Part shown: positions 52,272 to 63,000 of the stretch, one piece after another
How positions within the stretch are numbered: the stretch's first letter is position 1
Layout: every line of letters starts with the position of its first letter
Notes under the pieces: model-generated
The model's input: the letters and a program-made list of their open reading frames with translations, nothing else
Told to the model about the DNA's origin: nothing
Databases searched by the model: none
Made by a program: the position numbers and the translations under genes
Source of the DNA: an uncultured virus (IMG/VR IMGVR_UViG_3300009182_000047)
Taxonomy: Duplodnaviria > Heunggongvirae > Uroviricota > Caudoviricetes
Length of the DNA: 64,000 nt
Strand: one strand, 5' to 3'
IMG/VR virus record: IMGVR_UViG_3300009182_000047
Span: 1 to 64,000 of that record

Positions 52272-54005
52272 ATGGCGGGTTGGAGAAAATATTTTACTTT
52301 AGTTGATACATCTGGTGCAATGAGCCCTATAAACGGGTCTGTCAATGCAGATAGTCGCGCCAACCCTACACACAGAAACTACTCTAGCTATTTGCCAGAT
52401 GTATATTCTGGACACCCAAATCGTTTAGAGCGTTATGGTCAATACGATACAATGGATGCTGACAGTGAAGTTAATGCTGCCTTGGACATTTTAGCTGAAT
52501 TTTGCAGCCAAATGAATGAAGAAACTGGAACACCTTTCCGTGTATTCTACAAAGATCAAGCTACTCCAACTGAAGTAACTGTCATTAAAAAGTACATGCA
52601 ACAGTGGACTAAACTTAATAAATTTGACAAACGAATTTTTAAAATAGTCCGAAATACTTTCAAATACGGTGATGTATTTTTTGTTCGCGATCCTGAAACA
52701 CAGGCTTGGATGTTTGTCGATTCACAAAAAGTTGATCGTATTATTGTTAATGAAAGTGAAGGCAAGAAACCTGAACAATATGTTATCCGTGATTTTAATC
52801 CTAATTTAGAAACACTGGCTACAACTGCCATTAGTCCTAGCAATGTAACAGGTGGCGGCAGTCAATACGCCAGTAGCTATGCCGCAGGGCAAGGTGGCGC
52901 TGGCGGCTCACGAGGAATGACAGGTGCGTTCCCTACAAATCTTAACGGTAATCGATTTAGTCGAAATGAAAATCAATATAATATTGATGCAAGACATGTG
53001 CTACACATCAGTTTAAGCGAAGGTTTAGACAACAATTACCCATTTGGAACTAGTCTTTTAGAAAGCATTTTTAAAGTTTACAAGCAAAAAGAATTGCTAG
53101 AAGATGCTATTATCATCTATCGTATACAACGTGCTCCAGAGCGTAGAGTTTTCTACATTGACGTTGGTAATATGCCAAGCCACTTGGCAATGGGCTTTGT
53201 AGAACGTGTCAAAAACGAAGTAAATCAACGCAGAATTCCCAGTGCTACAGGTGGTGGCCAGACAATGATTGATGCTGGTTATAACCCATTAAGTATCAAC
53301 GAAGATTACTTTTTCCCACAAACCGCTGAAGGCCGCGGAAGTAAAGTTGAAGTACTACCTGGTGGTACTAATCTAGGTGAGATTGATGATCTTAAGTATT
53401 TTACTAATAAACTGTTTCGTGCTTTGCGCATACCTAGCAGTTATCTACCTACTGGCAGCGACGATGGCGGAAGTAGTTTTAATGATGGTCGAGTTGGGAC
53501 AGCCTACATCCAAGAATTGCGATTTAACAAATATTGCGAGCGTCTCCAAAGTCTAATGAATGACGTGTTTGATACAGAATTTAAACTGTATTTGCACAAC
53601 AAAGGTATTAATATTGACAGTAATATTTTTGATGTTAAGTTTAGTCCACCGCAAAACTTTGCCAGCTACCGTCAAACTGAAATGGATACAGCCCGTGTAT
53701 CAACATATACCAGTTTAGCCGAAGTTCCTTACCTAAGTAAGCGTTTTTCTTTAAAGAGATTCTTAGGTCTAAGCCAAGAAGAAATTACAGAAAACGAAAA
53801 AATGTGGCAAGAAGAGAATGTTGATGCAGATACAACACTGCCAGCTAATGCTGAATTACGTGGTGTAGGCATTACTGCAAACGCCATGGGAGCTGATATG
53901 AGCGCATTGAATGGCGCAACTACCCAACCTTTACCTGGTGAAGAAGGCGGCGGCGAAGCTGCACCAGCAGGCGGTGCAGGTGCTACAACTGCTCCTCCAG
54001 CATAA
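52272..54005 (+). CDS. Portal protein, T4 gp20-like
   Basis: LLEDAIIIYRIQRAPERRVFYIDVGNMP, EDYFFP...GRGSKVE.LPGG.NLGEIDD..YF..KL..ALRIP. Confidence 0.95.
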   Translation: MAGWRKYFTLVDTSGAMSPINGSVNADSRANPTHRNYSSYLPDVYSGHPNRLERYGQYDTMDADSEVNAALDILAEFCSQMNEETGTPFRVFYKDQATPTEVTVIKKYMQQWTKLNKFDKRIFKIVRNTFKYGDVFFVRDPETQAWMFVDSQKVDRIIVNESEGKKPEQYVIRDFNPNLETLATTAISPSNVTGGGSQYASSYAAGQGGAGGSRGMTGAFPTNLNGNRFSRNENQYNIDARHVLHISLSEGLDNNYPFGTSLLESIFKVYKQKELLEDAIIIYRIQRAPERRVFYIDVGNMPSHLAMGFVERVKNEVNQRRIPSATGGGQTMIDAGYNPLSINEDYFFPQTAEGRGSKVEVLPGGTNLGEIDDLKYFTNKLFRALRIPSSYLPTGSDDGGSSFNDGRVGTAYIQELRFNKYCERLQSLMNDVFDTEFKLYLHNKGINIDSNIFDVKFSPPQNFASYRQTEMDTARVSTYTSLAEVPYLSKRFSLKRFLGLSQEEITENEKMWQEENVDADTTLPANAELRGVGITANAMGADMSALNGATTQPLPGEEGGGEAAPAGGAGATTAPPA

Positions 54006-54013
54006 ATATTGTT

Positions 54014-54259
54014 ATGTTTTTAAGAGAATTTATTTATTTTGACAAAGATCAGGCAGATATGTCCGATGACAATCGTTACGATTCTGATAATGATACGAGT
54101 GTATTGAAGTCTAAAGATCTTCGTAAAACTAGATTAACCTTAAAAATGTTAAACGATTTACGCAAAGCAGGCGATGCTCATGCAGCAGAGCAAAAAGAAG
54201 AACTAGTATTGGTTAGAAAGATGTACGCAGCTCCTCCTCCGGAAGCTGCACCTGCATAA
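54014..54259 (+). CDS. Small head-morphogenesis protein (prohead core-like position)
   Basis: CATAAATA 5 nt upstream. RKTRLTL..LN.LR motif. Lies between the portal and core genes. Confidence 0.6.
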   Translation: MFLREFIYFDKDQADMSDDNRYDSDNDTSVLKSKDLRKTRLTLKMLNDLRKAGDAHAAEQKEELVLVRKMYAAPPPEAAPA

Positions 54260-54434
54260 ACTGATAGTTTAAATATTTTTAGTGAAAACTTAAATATTTT
54301 AACAAGAAATTGCAAAAATTCTTCACGCTTTTATCTGAAATAGGCCGTTTTTGGCCTATTTCCCATACCTTTATACAATCCCACTTAAATAACAACACAG
54401 CCTTGCCGCGAAACTAACATAGGAGATAACCGCA

Positions 54435-55412
54435 ATGTCTACAAAGTTTGAACAACTATTAGACTTAATTGTCAATGAAGAAATGGATAAAGCCAATGAG
54501 CTATTCCATGAAATCGTTGTTGAAAAGTCAAGAGATATATATGAGAATTTAATTGCTGAAGAAGCAGAAGAAGACGAAGAAATGGATGAGTCTGCTGAAG
54601 AAGACGACGAAGAAATGGATGAGTCTGCTGAAGAAGACGACGAAGAAATGGATGAAAACATTGATCTAGAAGACAGCTACAGCATGGAAGCCGACGACGA
54701 AGAAGATGAAATGGGCGGCGACGCTACTGACGACTTCGGTGCTGACATCGGTGATGATGACATGGACGGAGAAGAAGGTCCAGAAGCTGGTGAAGACAAA
54801 GCTATTTTTGACATCAAGAATGCTATTGCTGAACTAGAAGCAGCATTTGCTGAACTAGAGCAAGCCCAAGGTTCTGAAATGCCACATGATGAATTTGGCG
54901 ATGAAGAAATGGATGGCGAAGATGAAGATGAAGGTATGATGATGGGTATGCACGAAGGTCGTCGTATGACACGTGAGTACACAGAAAAAGTTGGAAACGA
55001 CTGGGATAAGAACAGCATGAAAACACAAGGACAGTACGTAGGTGCAGGTTCCGGTGATAAAGAAGGTGCCCCAGTTGAAGGTAAGAGCCCAATCAGCAGC
55101 GGTTCTGGTAAGCCAACAAGCGGTGCAAATGCCAAGAATTTAGTTCAAGGTGGTACAGAAGGTTCTAGTAACACTGGTACAAGCCCAGCTAAAGGCAGCA
55201 AAGGTATTAATCCAGTTTCTGGCGAAAAGTTTGCTAAAGGTATCCACAACGTGGACGGTATGAAGTCTGGCGTTAAGACACTAGCAGGTGTTAAAGGTGG
55301 ACACGGGGCAGAGAAGAAGGGCGCAGGTCCTGGACCAGTTGGATCCGGTACAGGTGACAAGGCTGGACAAACTAGCGTTGGCAAAATCCCTACTTTCCTT
55401 AAGAAACTATAA
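54435..55412 (+). CDS. Acidic prohead core/scaffold protein
   Basis: Extremely Asp/Glu-rich N-half and Gly/Lys-rich C-half. AGGAG SD. Immediately upstream of the prohead protease. Confidence 0.7.
   Translation: MSTKFEQLLDLIVNEEMDKANELFHEIVVEKSRDIYENLIAEEAEEDEEMDESAEEDDEEMDESAEEDDEEMDENIDLEDSYSMEADDEEDEMGGDATDDFGADIGDDDMDGEEGPEAGEDKAIFDIKNAIAELEAAFAELEQAQGSEMPHDEFGDEEMDGEDEDEGMMMGMHEGRRMTREYTEKVGNDWDKNSMKTQGQYVGAGSGDKEGAPVEGKSPISSGSGKPTSGANAKNLVQGGTEGSSNTGTSPAKGSKGINPVSGEKFAKGIHNVDGMKSGVKTLAGVKGGHGAEKKGAGPGPVGSGTGDKAGQTSVGKIPTFLKKL
54573..54655 (+). repeat. 33-nt perfect tandem repeat, 2.5 copies, coding DEEMDESAEED
   Basis: GACGAAGAAATGGATGAGTCTGCTGAAGAAGAC at 54573 and 54606, partial copy at 54639. 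Confidence 0.9.
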
Positions 55413-55425
55413 TTAGAGAATCTGG

Positions 55426-56055
55426 ATGAAACCCACTTATCTAAGAGAACACCTAAGTTTCGATCAGTCCGGCATCGTAATGGAGTCGGACGATAAAGAT
55501 GGCAAAAATCTTCACTTGAAGGGCATTGCCATTCAAGGTGGTATTCGCAATGCGAATCAACGAGTCTATCCTGTAGATGAAATTGAACGTGCTGTGAAGA
55601 CACTAAATGATCAGATTCAAAATGGTTATTCTGTATTAGGTGAAGTTGATCACCCAGATGATTTAAAAGTAAATTTGGACCGTGTATCCCATATGATCAC
55701 TCAAATGTGGATGGAAGGTCCTAACGGTTATGGCAAGTTTAAAATCTTGCCTACACCAATGGGTAACTTGATTCGCACTATGCTCGAAGCTGGTGTAAAA
55801 CTTGGAGTCAGTAGTAGAGGCAGCGGCAACGTTGACGATATGTCTGGCAAAGTTTCTGACTTCGAAATTATCACTGTCGATATAGTTGCACAACCTAGCG
55901 CACCTGGCGCTTATCCTACACCTGTTTATGAGCATTTGATGAACAATCGTGGCGGGTATAGAGCACTACAGGTAGCAAAAGAAGTAAAAGAAGATCCAAA
56001 GGCCCAGAAATATTTGCAAGAGTCTCTCATGCAAATTATTAAAGGTCTAAAATAA
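55426..56055 (+). CDS. Prohead protease, T4 gp21-like
   Basis: N.N.RVYP, LGEVDHP, L.RVSH, ILPTPMG, LGVSSRG.G, D.V..PSAP.AY. Confidence 0.95.
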   Translation: MKPTYLREHLSFDQSGIVMESDDKDGKNLHLKGIAIQGGIRNANQRVYPVDEIERAVKTLNDQIQNGYSVLGEVDHPDDLKVNLDRVSHMITQMWMEGPNGYGKFKILPTPMGNLIRTMLEAGVKLGVSSRGSGNVDDMSGKVSDFEIITVDIVAQPSAPGAYPTPVYEHLMNNRGGYRALQVAKEVKEDPKAQKYLQESLMQIIKGLK

Positions 56056-56072
56056 AGCCCGAGGAGAAAAAA

Positions 56073-57161
56073 ATGTTGGACGCATTCAAACAATTAGTAG
56101 AGTCTGGAGTAATGTCAGAAGAAGTTAAAACTTCTATTGAAGCTGCCTTCACTCAAAAGATTCAAGAGAATCGCGACCATGTTACCGCTGAACTTCGTGA
56201 AGAATTCGCACAAAAATACAATCATGATAAAACTGTGATGGTAGAAGCGATCGACAAGATGTTAAGCGAGCGATTGGCCGCAGAAATGGCCGAATTGTAT
56301 AATGACAAGAAGTCTCTAGCAGAAGCAAAAGTAGCGTACCAACAACGTATTGCTGAAGATGCTAAAAAACTAGAAGGTTTTGTTATTAATCAATTAGGCA
56401 GAGAGTTAGTCGAGTTCCAAGGAGACCGTAAGAAAGTTTCTGAGAACTTTGGTAAGTTAGAGCAGTTTGTTGTACATGCTCTAGCAAAAGAAATTGGTGA
56501 ATTCGCTGTAGACAAGCGTGATCTAGCTGAAACGAAAGTTAAGTTGGTACGTGAAGCAAAGAGCAAGTTTGATCAAATCCGTCAAGCCTTTATTACACAA
56601 AGCGCAAGAGTAGTTGAAAGTACAGTCACTAAAAAGTTAACATCTGAAATTAAGCAATTGAAAGAAGATATTGACAGTGCCCGTAACAATGACTTTGGTC
56701 GTAGATTGTATGAAGCGTTTGCACAAGAGTATTCTGGTTCCTTCCTAAATGAAAAGTCCGAGACAAGTAAATTGTTAAAGATCATCGCTAAGAAAGATCA
56801 AGAACTAGCAGAAGCAAAACAAGTGGTATCGGAAAAAGCAAATCTAGTAGAATCTGCGCAACGTGAAATTCGCGTTACAAAAGATCTAATAGAGCGTAAA
56901 ACCGTTATGGCAGAATTGCTATCACCACTAGCTGGTGAAAAGAGAGTGGTTATGCAAGACCTTTTAGAGTCAGTTCAGACTGTAAAATTGCACGCCGCAT
57001 TTGAGAAATACCTACCCGCAGTAATGGAAGGCGCCCAAAAGCAAGCACCTAAAAAGATGTTAGCCGAAGGCACTGAAGTAACTGGTAATCGTGAAAGCAA
57101 GCCAGCGGTAGGCTTAGATAATATTGTTGATATCCGCAAGTTAGCGGGTTTAACAAAATAA
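56073..57161 (+). CDS. Prohead scaffold protein, T4 gp22-like
   Basis: Coiled-coil protein between the protease and the major capsid gene. FGRRLYEAF..E motif. GAGGAG SD. Confidence 0.8.
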   Translation: MLDAFKQLVESGVMSEEVKTSIEAAFTQKIQENRDHVTAELREEFAQKYNHDKTVMVEAIDKMLSERLAAEMAELYNDKKSLAEAKVAYQQRIAEDAKKLEGFVINQLGRELVEFQGDRKKVSENFGKLEQFVVHALAKEIGEFAVDKRDLAETKVKLVREAKSKFDQIRQAFITQSARVVESTVTKKLTSEIKQLKEDIDSARNNDFGRRLYEAFAQEYSGSFLNEKSETSKLLKIIAKKDQELAEAKQVVSEKANLVESAQREIRVTKDLIERKTVMAELLSPLAGEKRVVMQDLLESVQTVKLHAAFEKYLPAVMEGAQKQAPKKMLAEGTEVTGNRESKPAVGLDNIVDIRKLAGLTK

Positions 57162-57179
57162 TAATTCAAGGAGACGTAA

Positions 57180-58361
57180 ATGTCACAACTATTAAATGAA
57201 AGATGGTCAGAGACCAAAGAAGCTCTGCTTGAAGGCCTATCCGGTACCCGTAAGTCTTCTATGGCAGTTTGCCTAGAAAATACACGCCGTCATTTGGCTG
57301 AAAGCGCAACCGCTGGTGCTACAAGTGCCGGCAACATCGCAACACTTAACCGTGTTATTCTTCCAGTAATTCGTCGTGTTATGCCGACAGTTATTGCTAA
57401 CGAAATCATCGGCGTTCAGCCAATGACAGGACCTGTTGCACAGATCCACACACTACGTGTTCGTTATGCTGATGGTGTTAACTCTGGTGATGTAGTAACA
57501 GCCGGTGAAGAAGCACTAAGCCCATTCAAGATCGCTGCTGCTTACTCCGGTAACAACAGTGCCACTGCTGGTGGTGCTACAACTGCTAACCTAGAAGGTT
57601 CTCCAGGTAAGCGTATGAGCATCCAGATCTTGAAGACACCGGTTGAAGCAAAAAGCCGCAAGCTATCTGCTCGTTGGACCTTTGAAGCTGCTCAAGATGC
57701 ACAAGCCCAACAAGGCATTGACATCGAAGCAGAAATCATGGCTGCACTAGCACAAGAAATCACAGCTGAAATTGATCAAGAGATCCTAGCTTCTTTACGT
57801 AGCTTGGCTTCTGTTGAAGAAACATACGACCAGTCGTTAGTTTCTGGTACAGCTACATTCGTTGGTGACGAACATGCTGCTCTAGCGATCCAGATCAACC
57901 GCGTAAGCAATTTGATTGCTCAGCGTACACGTCGTGGTTCTGCTAACTGGGCTGTTGTTTCTAACCAAGCATTGACAATTCTACAATCTGCTACTACAAG
58001 CGCATTTGCTCGTACAACAGAAGGTACATTTGAAGCTCCTACAAACACTAAGTTTGTTGGTACATTAAATGGCGCAATGAGAATTTATGTTGACGCATAT
58101 AAGTCTGATACAGACGATAATAACCAGATCCTAGTTGGATATAAAGGTTCTAGCGAAGCAGATGCTGCTGCGTTCTACTGCCCTTATATTCCGTTGATGA
58201 GTTCTGGTGTTGTTCTAGATCCAGCAACATTTGAGCCAGTAGTTGGCTTCCTAACACGTTACGGTTATGTAGAGTTGAGCAACACTGCTTCTTCTCTAGG
58301 TAATGCTGCTGACTACTTAGGAAAAGTTGCTATCACTAGCGCAAACGTAAGCTTCAAGTAA
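57180..58361 (+). CDS. Major capsid protein, T4 gp23-like
   Basis: LENT, RRVMP..IA..I.GVQPM.GP, AKSRKL.A.WT.E..QD, EI..EID.EI, FYCPYIPL, TRYG. Confidence 0.97.
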   Translation: MSQLLNERWSETKEALLEGLSGTRKSSMAVCLENTRRHLAESATAGATSAGNIATLNRVILPVIRRVMPTVIANEIIGVQPMTGPVAQIHTLRVRYADGVNSGDVVTAGEEALSPFKIAAAYSGNNSATAGGATTANLEGSPGKRMSIQILKTPVEAKSRKLSARWTFEAAQDAQAQQGIDIEAEIMAALAQEITAEIDQEILASLRSLASVEETYDQSLVSGTATFVGDEHAALAIQINRVSNLIAQRTRRGSANWAVVSNQALTILQSATTSAFARTTEGTFEAPTNTKFVGTLNGAMRIYVDAYKSDTDDNNQILVGYKGSSEADAAAFYCPYIPLMSSGVVLDPATFEPVVGFLTRYGYVELSNTASSLGNAADYLGKVAITSANVSFK

Positions 58362-58389
58362 TCCGTTACTTGTTTTTACACAAACAATC

Positions 58390-58411
58390 AACCCGCTTCG
58401 GCGGGTTTTTT
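58390..58411 (+). terminator. Rho-independent terminator after the major capsid gene
   Basis: AACCCGC-TTCG-GCGGGTT followed by a T run (cUUCGg loop). Confidence 0.9.
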
Positions 58412-58510
58412 GTTGACTATCCAATAAATAGCTTTGTTCGCCCTTTAAGGGTTTTATGCGGTACCATCCGCGTAGATCATAGAACGATCTTAACACAAGG
58501 AGAAAATAAA

Positions 58511-59422
58511 ATGGGACGTCCAATTAAAGACAAATTTTTCGGTAGTTCAACTACCCCTTATCAAAACGCCAACGTTGGCGGCCGTACTGGTGTCGGCGGC
58601 GAAAGCGTAACATCAGTAATTGCTGTTGCTAGTTCAGGAACATTGTATTCCGCAGGTGCAACACTAGTAGTAAGCGCACCAAACATTGCAGGTGGTATCA
58701 GAGCCACTGCCACACCTACAATTAGTCTTCCTGGTATCGGCGGTATTACTGCTGTTACATTAGGTACAGCTGGAACTGGTTATACTGCAACTGCTACCAT
58801 AACAGTTACTACTGCTAGTTCTGTTACTAAAACAACAACTGGTACAATTTCAACAAATATCATTTATCCTGCAGATACAACTGGAGTTCAAGTAGGTATG
58901 AAAGTTGTTGGTACAGGTATTAACGCAGGTGCAACATACGTTACTGCTGTCTACTCAACAGGTACTGTTGTATCGGCTGCAAACGCAGGAGCAGTTAGTG
59001 GCGCAGTGGTCTTCCTTGACGCAGGTTCTGGATTTGCCGCAGTCACAGCGTTAACAACTACTACATTTAACGCTATACAAATCATCTCTTATGTTCCAAA
59101 TGGTTCAAGTGGTATCAGTGGTGGCGACATCATGAAGCAAGAAGGAAGCCGCCGTTACCTAGTTCAAAATGCACAAGGTCAAGGAATCTGCAAATTGTCT
59201 ACTGGTACATTAGTTGCTGGTGGCATGCACATTATTGCTACAGATTCTGCAGGTGACACATATTGGGTTACTAAGTTAACAAGTCGCAAAGCAAACTTGT
59301 ATCCAAGATCAAATACAGGTACATCTATCTATAGTACTATCAAAGTAGCACCATGGACAATTGGCAGTGCATCTGGTACTACTACTGGAACTGCTATTGT
59401 TTCTCTAAGCCACACAGTTTAA
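58511..59422 (+). CDS. Virion structural protein (possible head decoration/fibre)
   Basis: AATAAATA late box at 58423 and AAGGAG SD. Thr/Gly/Ala-rich, MGRPIK N-terminus, I.KQ.G.RRYLV motif. Confidence 0.7.
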   Translation: MGRPIKDKFFGSSTTPYQNANVGGRTGVGGESVTSVIAVASSGTLYSAGATLVVSAPNIAGGIRATATPTISLPGIGGITAVTLGTAGTGYTATATITVTTASSVTKTTTGTISTNIIYPADTTGVQVGMKVVGTGINAGATYVTAVYSTGTVVSAANAGAVSGAVVFLDAGSGFAAVTALTTTTFNAIQIISYVPNGSSGISGGDIMKQEGSRRYLVQNAQGQGICKLSTGTLVAGGMHIIATDSAGDTYWVTKLTSRKANLYPRSNTGTSIYSTIKVAPWTIGSASGTTTGTAIVSLSHTV

Positions 59423-59439
59423 TATTTTGTAAAAATATT

Positions 59440-59460
59440 ATGGGGGGCTTGTCCCCCCAT
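59440..59460 (+). terminator. GC-rich hairpin, probable terminator
   Basis: ATGGGGGG-CTTGT-CCCCCCAT followed by TCTCTT (weak U tract). Confidence 0.5.
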
Positions 59461-59484
59461 TCTCTTATCTAGGTAAATAATGGT

Positions 59485-60009
59485 ATGACCACTAATTGGA
59501 CCTTACCAACAAATGTAATTCAGTACGCAGAAGAAGGCGGAGAAGATGCTCATGTTTCTTGGTTAGAAACAGATAACTTCCATGGTCTAAAAGATATCGA
59601 CGGTAAGTCGGTGCGGACAACTAGAGATTTATTTCACATTGCTAGAGATCCTAGACATGATATATTACAAAAAACATATTATTTAAAATTAACAGGATTT
59701 AATTTTGTAAATTTACCAGAAACATTATCTGGTATTGGAATGCAATTAACTATTAATAGGTATGGTAGAATCACTGATGAAACTATACAATTATGTTCTT
59801 ATGGTAATATAGTAGGTGAAAATCAAGCGTCTTTAAATTTAGACACTAAAAAAATATACGGAAATGCTAATTCTATTTGGGGTAGCAATTTAAATATGGC
59901 ACAAATTCAAGATTCGTCATTTGGAGTTATAGTAAGGTTCCAAAGCCACCCAAGTTGGCCTCATAGAAGTAGTCCTTTGATTGATGCGGTTGAGCTTAGG
60001 ATATATTAA
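59485..60009 (+). CDS. Hypothetical late/virion protein
   Basis: GTAAATA 5 nt upstream. Beta-rich, with LTGFNF and YG...WG motifs. Confidence 0.65.
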   Translation: MTTNWTLPTNVIQYAEEGGEDAHVSWLETDNFHGLKDIDGKSVRTTRDLFHIARDPRHDILQKTYYLKLTGFNFVNLPETLSGIGMQLTINRYGRITDETIQLCSYGNIVGENQASLNLDTKKIYGNANSIWGSNLNMAQIQDSSFGVIVRFQSHPSWPHRSSPLIDAVELRIY

Positions 60010-60036
60010 AAAAAATAAATACAGTGAGGATCAAAA

Positions 60037-63000
60037 ATGGCAACTACTTACTTTTCTAATACACCGCCTGGTGCAGCATCATCAACAACGAATATTACTG
60101 TTGAAAACATTCCTAACGATTATTTTTTAAACGCTAAAGCAAAAATAAATCTCAAGTCCGGTGCTGATACTAGTATCACAGCCGGCGGAAAAGCAGAAAT
60201 TGACGCAAACAGTGATGTAAAAATAATTTCTGAAGGCGGTATTGTTGCAATTGAATCGAGTGCCGACAAAATAACTATAAAAGCAGCAACTGATGTTACA
60301 GTTACTGCTAGAGGCAAGGCTATTGTAGATGCTCCCGAAACTGATATTTTACATGATTCTGTATTAGGATCCGATGTTGGGACTGATACAACTGAATTTA
60401 AATCAAAAATTAAAAGTAATATTCTGCCTAAAGGAACTAATTATAACATAGGCGATGCTAGTAATATTTGGAAAAAATCTTTTTTTGATGAGGGAGAATA
60501 TTTTAGCGAAAATAACGTAGGCAATCAATACTTAGAATACGGCGTTAATGGCCGACCTTATAACCCAGCTGACATATATGATACTGCTGAACACAGAAAA
60601 ACTGGTGCAGTATACGTACACGGTGGTGTAGGTATTGAGAAAGATTTAAACGTTGGTGGTAGAATTTATGGTCGTATTGAAATTGCCAACACATCTTTCC
60701 AAATTGTTGTTACCGCAACAAATGCGGACATTGTATTTCATCCGTTATTTGCAAGAAGTACCGGCGAACAATTTTTATTTGTAGATATCCAAGGTATTGA
60801 CCAAGGAGGCTCAGCAGGACTGACATACAATCCCTATACTGGTAAGTTGGGAACAGAATTATTAAAAGTTGTATCCACTTCTGCTGCAAATTCAACCGAT
60901 GGTGCTGTAAGAGTTGAGGGTGGTATTAGTGTTGGTAAGAACATTGTTACTAAAGAAATTACACCCCCTGATGATGCAGATGTTGCAACAGAAATTTACT
61001 CGGTTGGTGTTAATTCTAGCCAATGGGCAGACGCATACGTACATAATTTATATACTAGGGTAATTGGTTCTACTACTGGTACAATTGAAATGCGTCCAGA
61101 TGCTGGCGTTGTTGACATGTTTAGCGATATTAGAGTAAGAGGACAGAATCCAATCGGTACTGCTCCTGTTGTTACAAACATCTTATATGTCACTATGGAC
61201 GGCGCCGATACTAATGATGGTCGCGCAATGGATCCAAGCCGGGCTTGTCGTACAATTGGGGCAGCATTGAAGAGTCCTTATTATCAGTCTGGCACACAAA
61301 TACGTGTTGCACCGGGACATTACTTAGAAGACAATCCTCTACAATTGAAACCATATACAAGTATTATGGGTTCGGACTTAAGGACATGTAGTATTGAACC
61401 AATTAATAAAACACAAGATTTATTCCATGTTAATAGCGGATGCTATCTTGCATTCATGCAATTCTTGAACGGACGTAGTGGATTGTTAGAAGGCCCATAT
61501 GATCCTCAATATAATCGAGGAGCATATTGCACATCATTTCCTCCTCTAGAAGGTGATGCACGTATTGATCTGTTCCATTCGCCATACATTCAAAACTGTA
61601 CTAATCAAAATGGTCCATGGTTAACAGATGGTACTATGTTTGTTCCAAATCAAACTGTGCAAATTCCTAGAGTTGTTGGCACAGGTACATGGATCGCTAA
61701 CACAACTACTTTGGTTATTCATGCAACTACTGGCACAATTGCTCAAGGCGATTATATTAATGCTGGACAACAAAATCCAGGATTTTTTGAAGCCCGCACA
61801 TTGATGCTAGCCAATAAACCTTTCTTGCAAGAACAAGTTGTTGCTTATGTTGATGTTACATTTAACACGAGCTCTTTTAGTTATAATGTAACAAAATGTC
61901 GTCGAGATATTGGGTTAATTTTAGACAGCATTTCTACCGACATGCTATACAACGATACTAGTGATAGCACATTTGCTGGCTTACAATATTGGAATCAAAC
62001 TAGTTCTGCTATTGCAGGAGAACAAACTACTACTACAAATGCAATTAATTATCTAAAAGGGTTAGCTGCAACTGTTGCATTAAACGCAGGTAGTTCATCT
62101 GCACAAACAAGAGTAAACACGCTGTTTACAGTTATTACTGATATTATAACCAATGGTACTGTTGGAGTAAGTGATTCGATTATTGCAAACGGATTACCTA
62201 GTACTGATCCTCAGTACACTAATGCATATACTGCTTTATTGGCAAATAAAGAAACATTTAAGACACAAGTTCTATCATGGATTGGGTCTAACTATCCAAC
62301 ATTTGTTTATAATACATCTACATGTGCAAGAGACGTTGGATACATTATCGATAGCGTAGCATTTGATGTTCTGCACTCCGGCAATAGACAGAGTATTAAA
62401 TCTGGAGTTTATTATTACAATTACAGTACAACTAGTACAACAATTGCAAATCAAATTCCACAGACTACATTAGCATATAATTTTATTAAATCAATTATTA
62501 CTAATATTGTAACTGGTATTCCGTTACCTACAGTATACCAAACAGCTACTACTCAAGTTATTATTGGCCAGCCTATAGCCAGTAGTTACGAAGCAATTTC
62601 TTTACAAAATAAAATTGATATTATAACTGATATTATTAGGCATGGTCCTAGTGTTGCAGTTAATCAAACACCCGAGTATGTTACTCTTTCGATCAATGAA
62701 GAAAAAGTAAACGCATTTAATATGTTGTTAACTAATAAAGATTTTATTAAAGCAGAAGTAATAGCTTACTTAAATAAAAACGCAAACACATTTAATTATA
62801 GTAAAGAACTTTGCTATAGAGACACTGGAATATTAATTGAAAACGTTGCATATGATGCTGCTTTTGGTGGTAATGAAAAATCCATCCAAAGTGGTTTAGC
62901 ATATTACGACGGAGTTATTAGTAGGATATCTGGACAAGAAACCCAAACTTCTGCTGCCATTGACTATCTAAGTAAAATGGTCCAGTCCATCATTGTTAAT

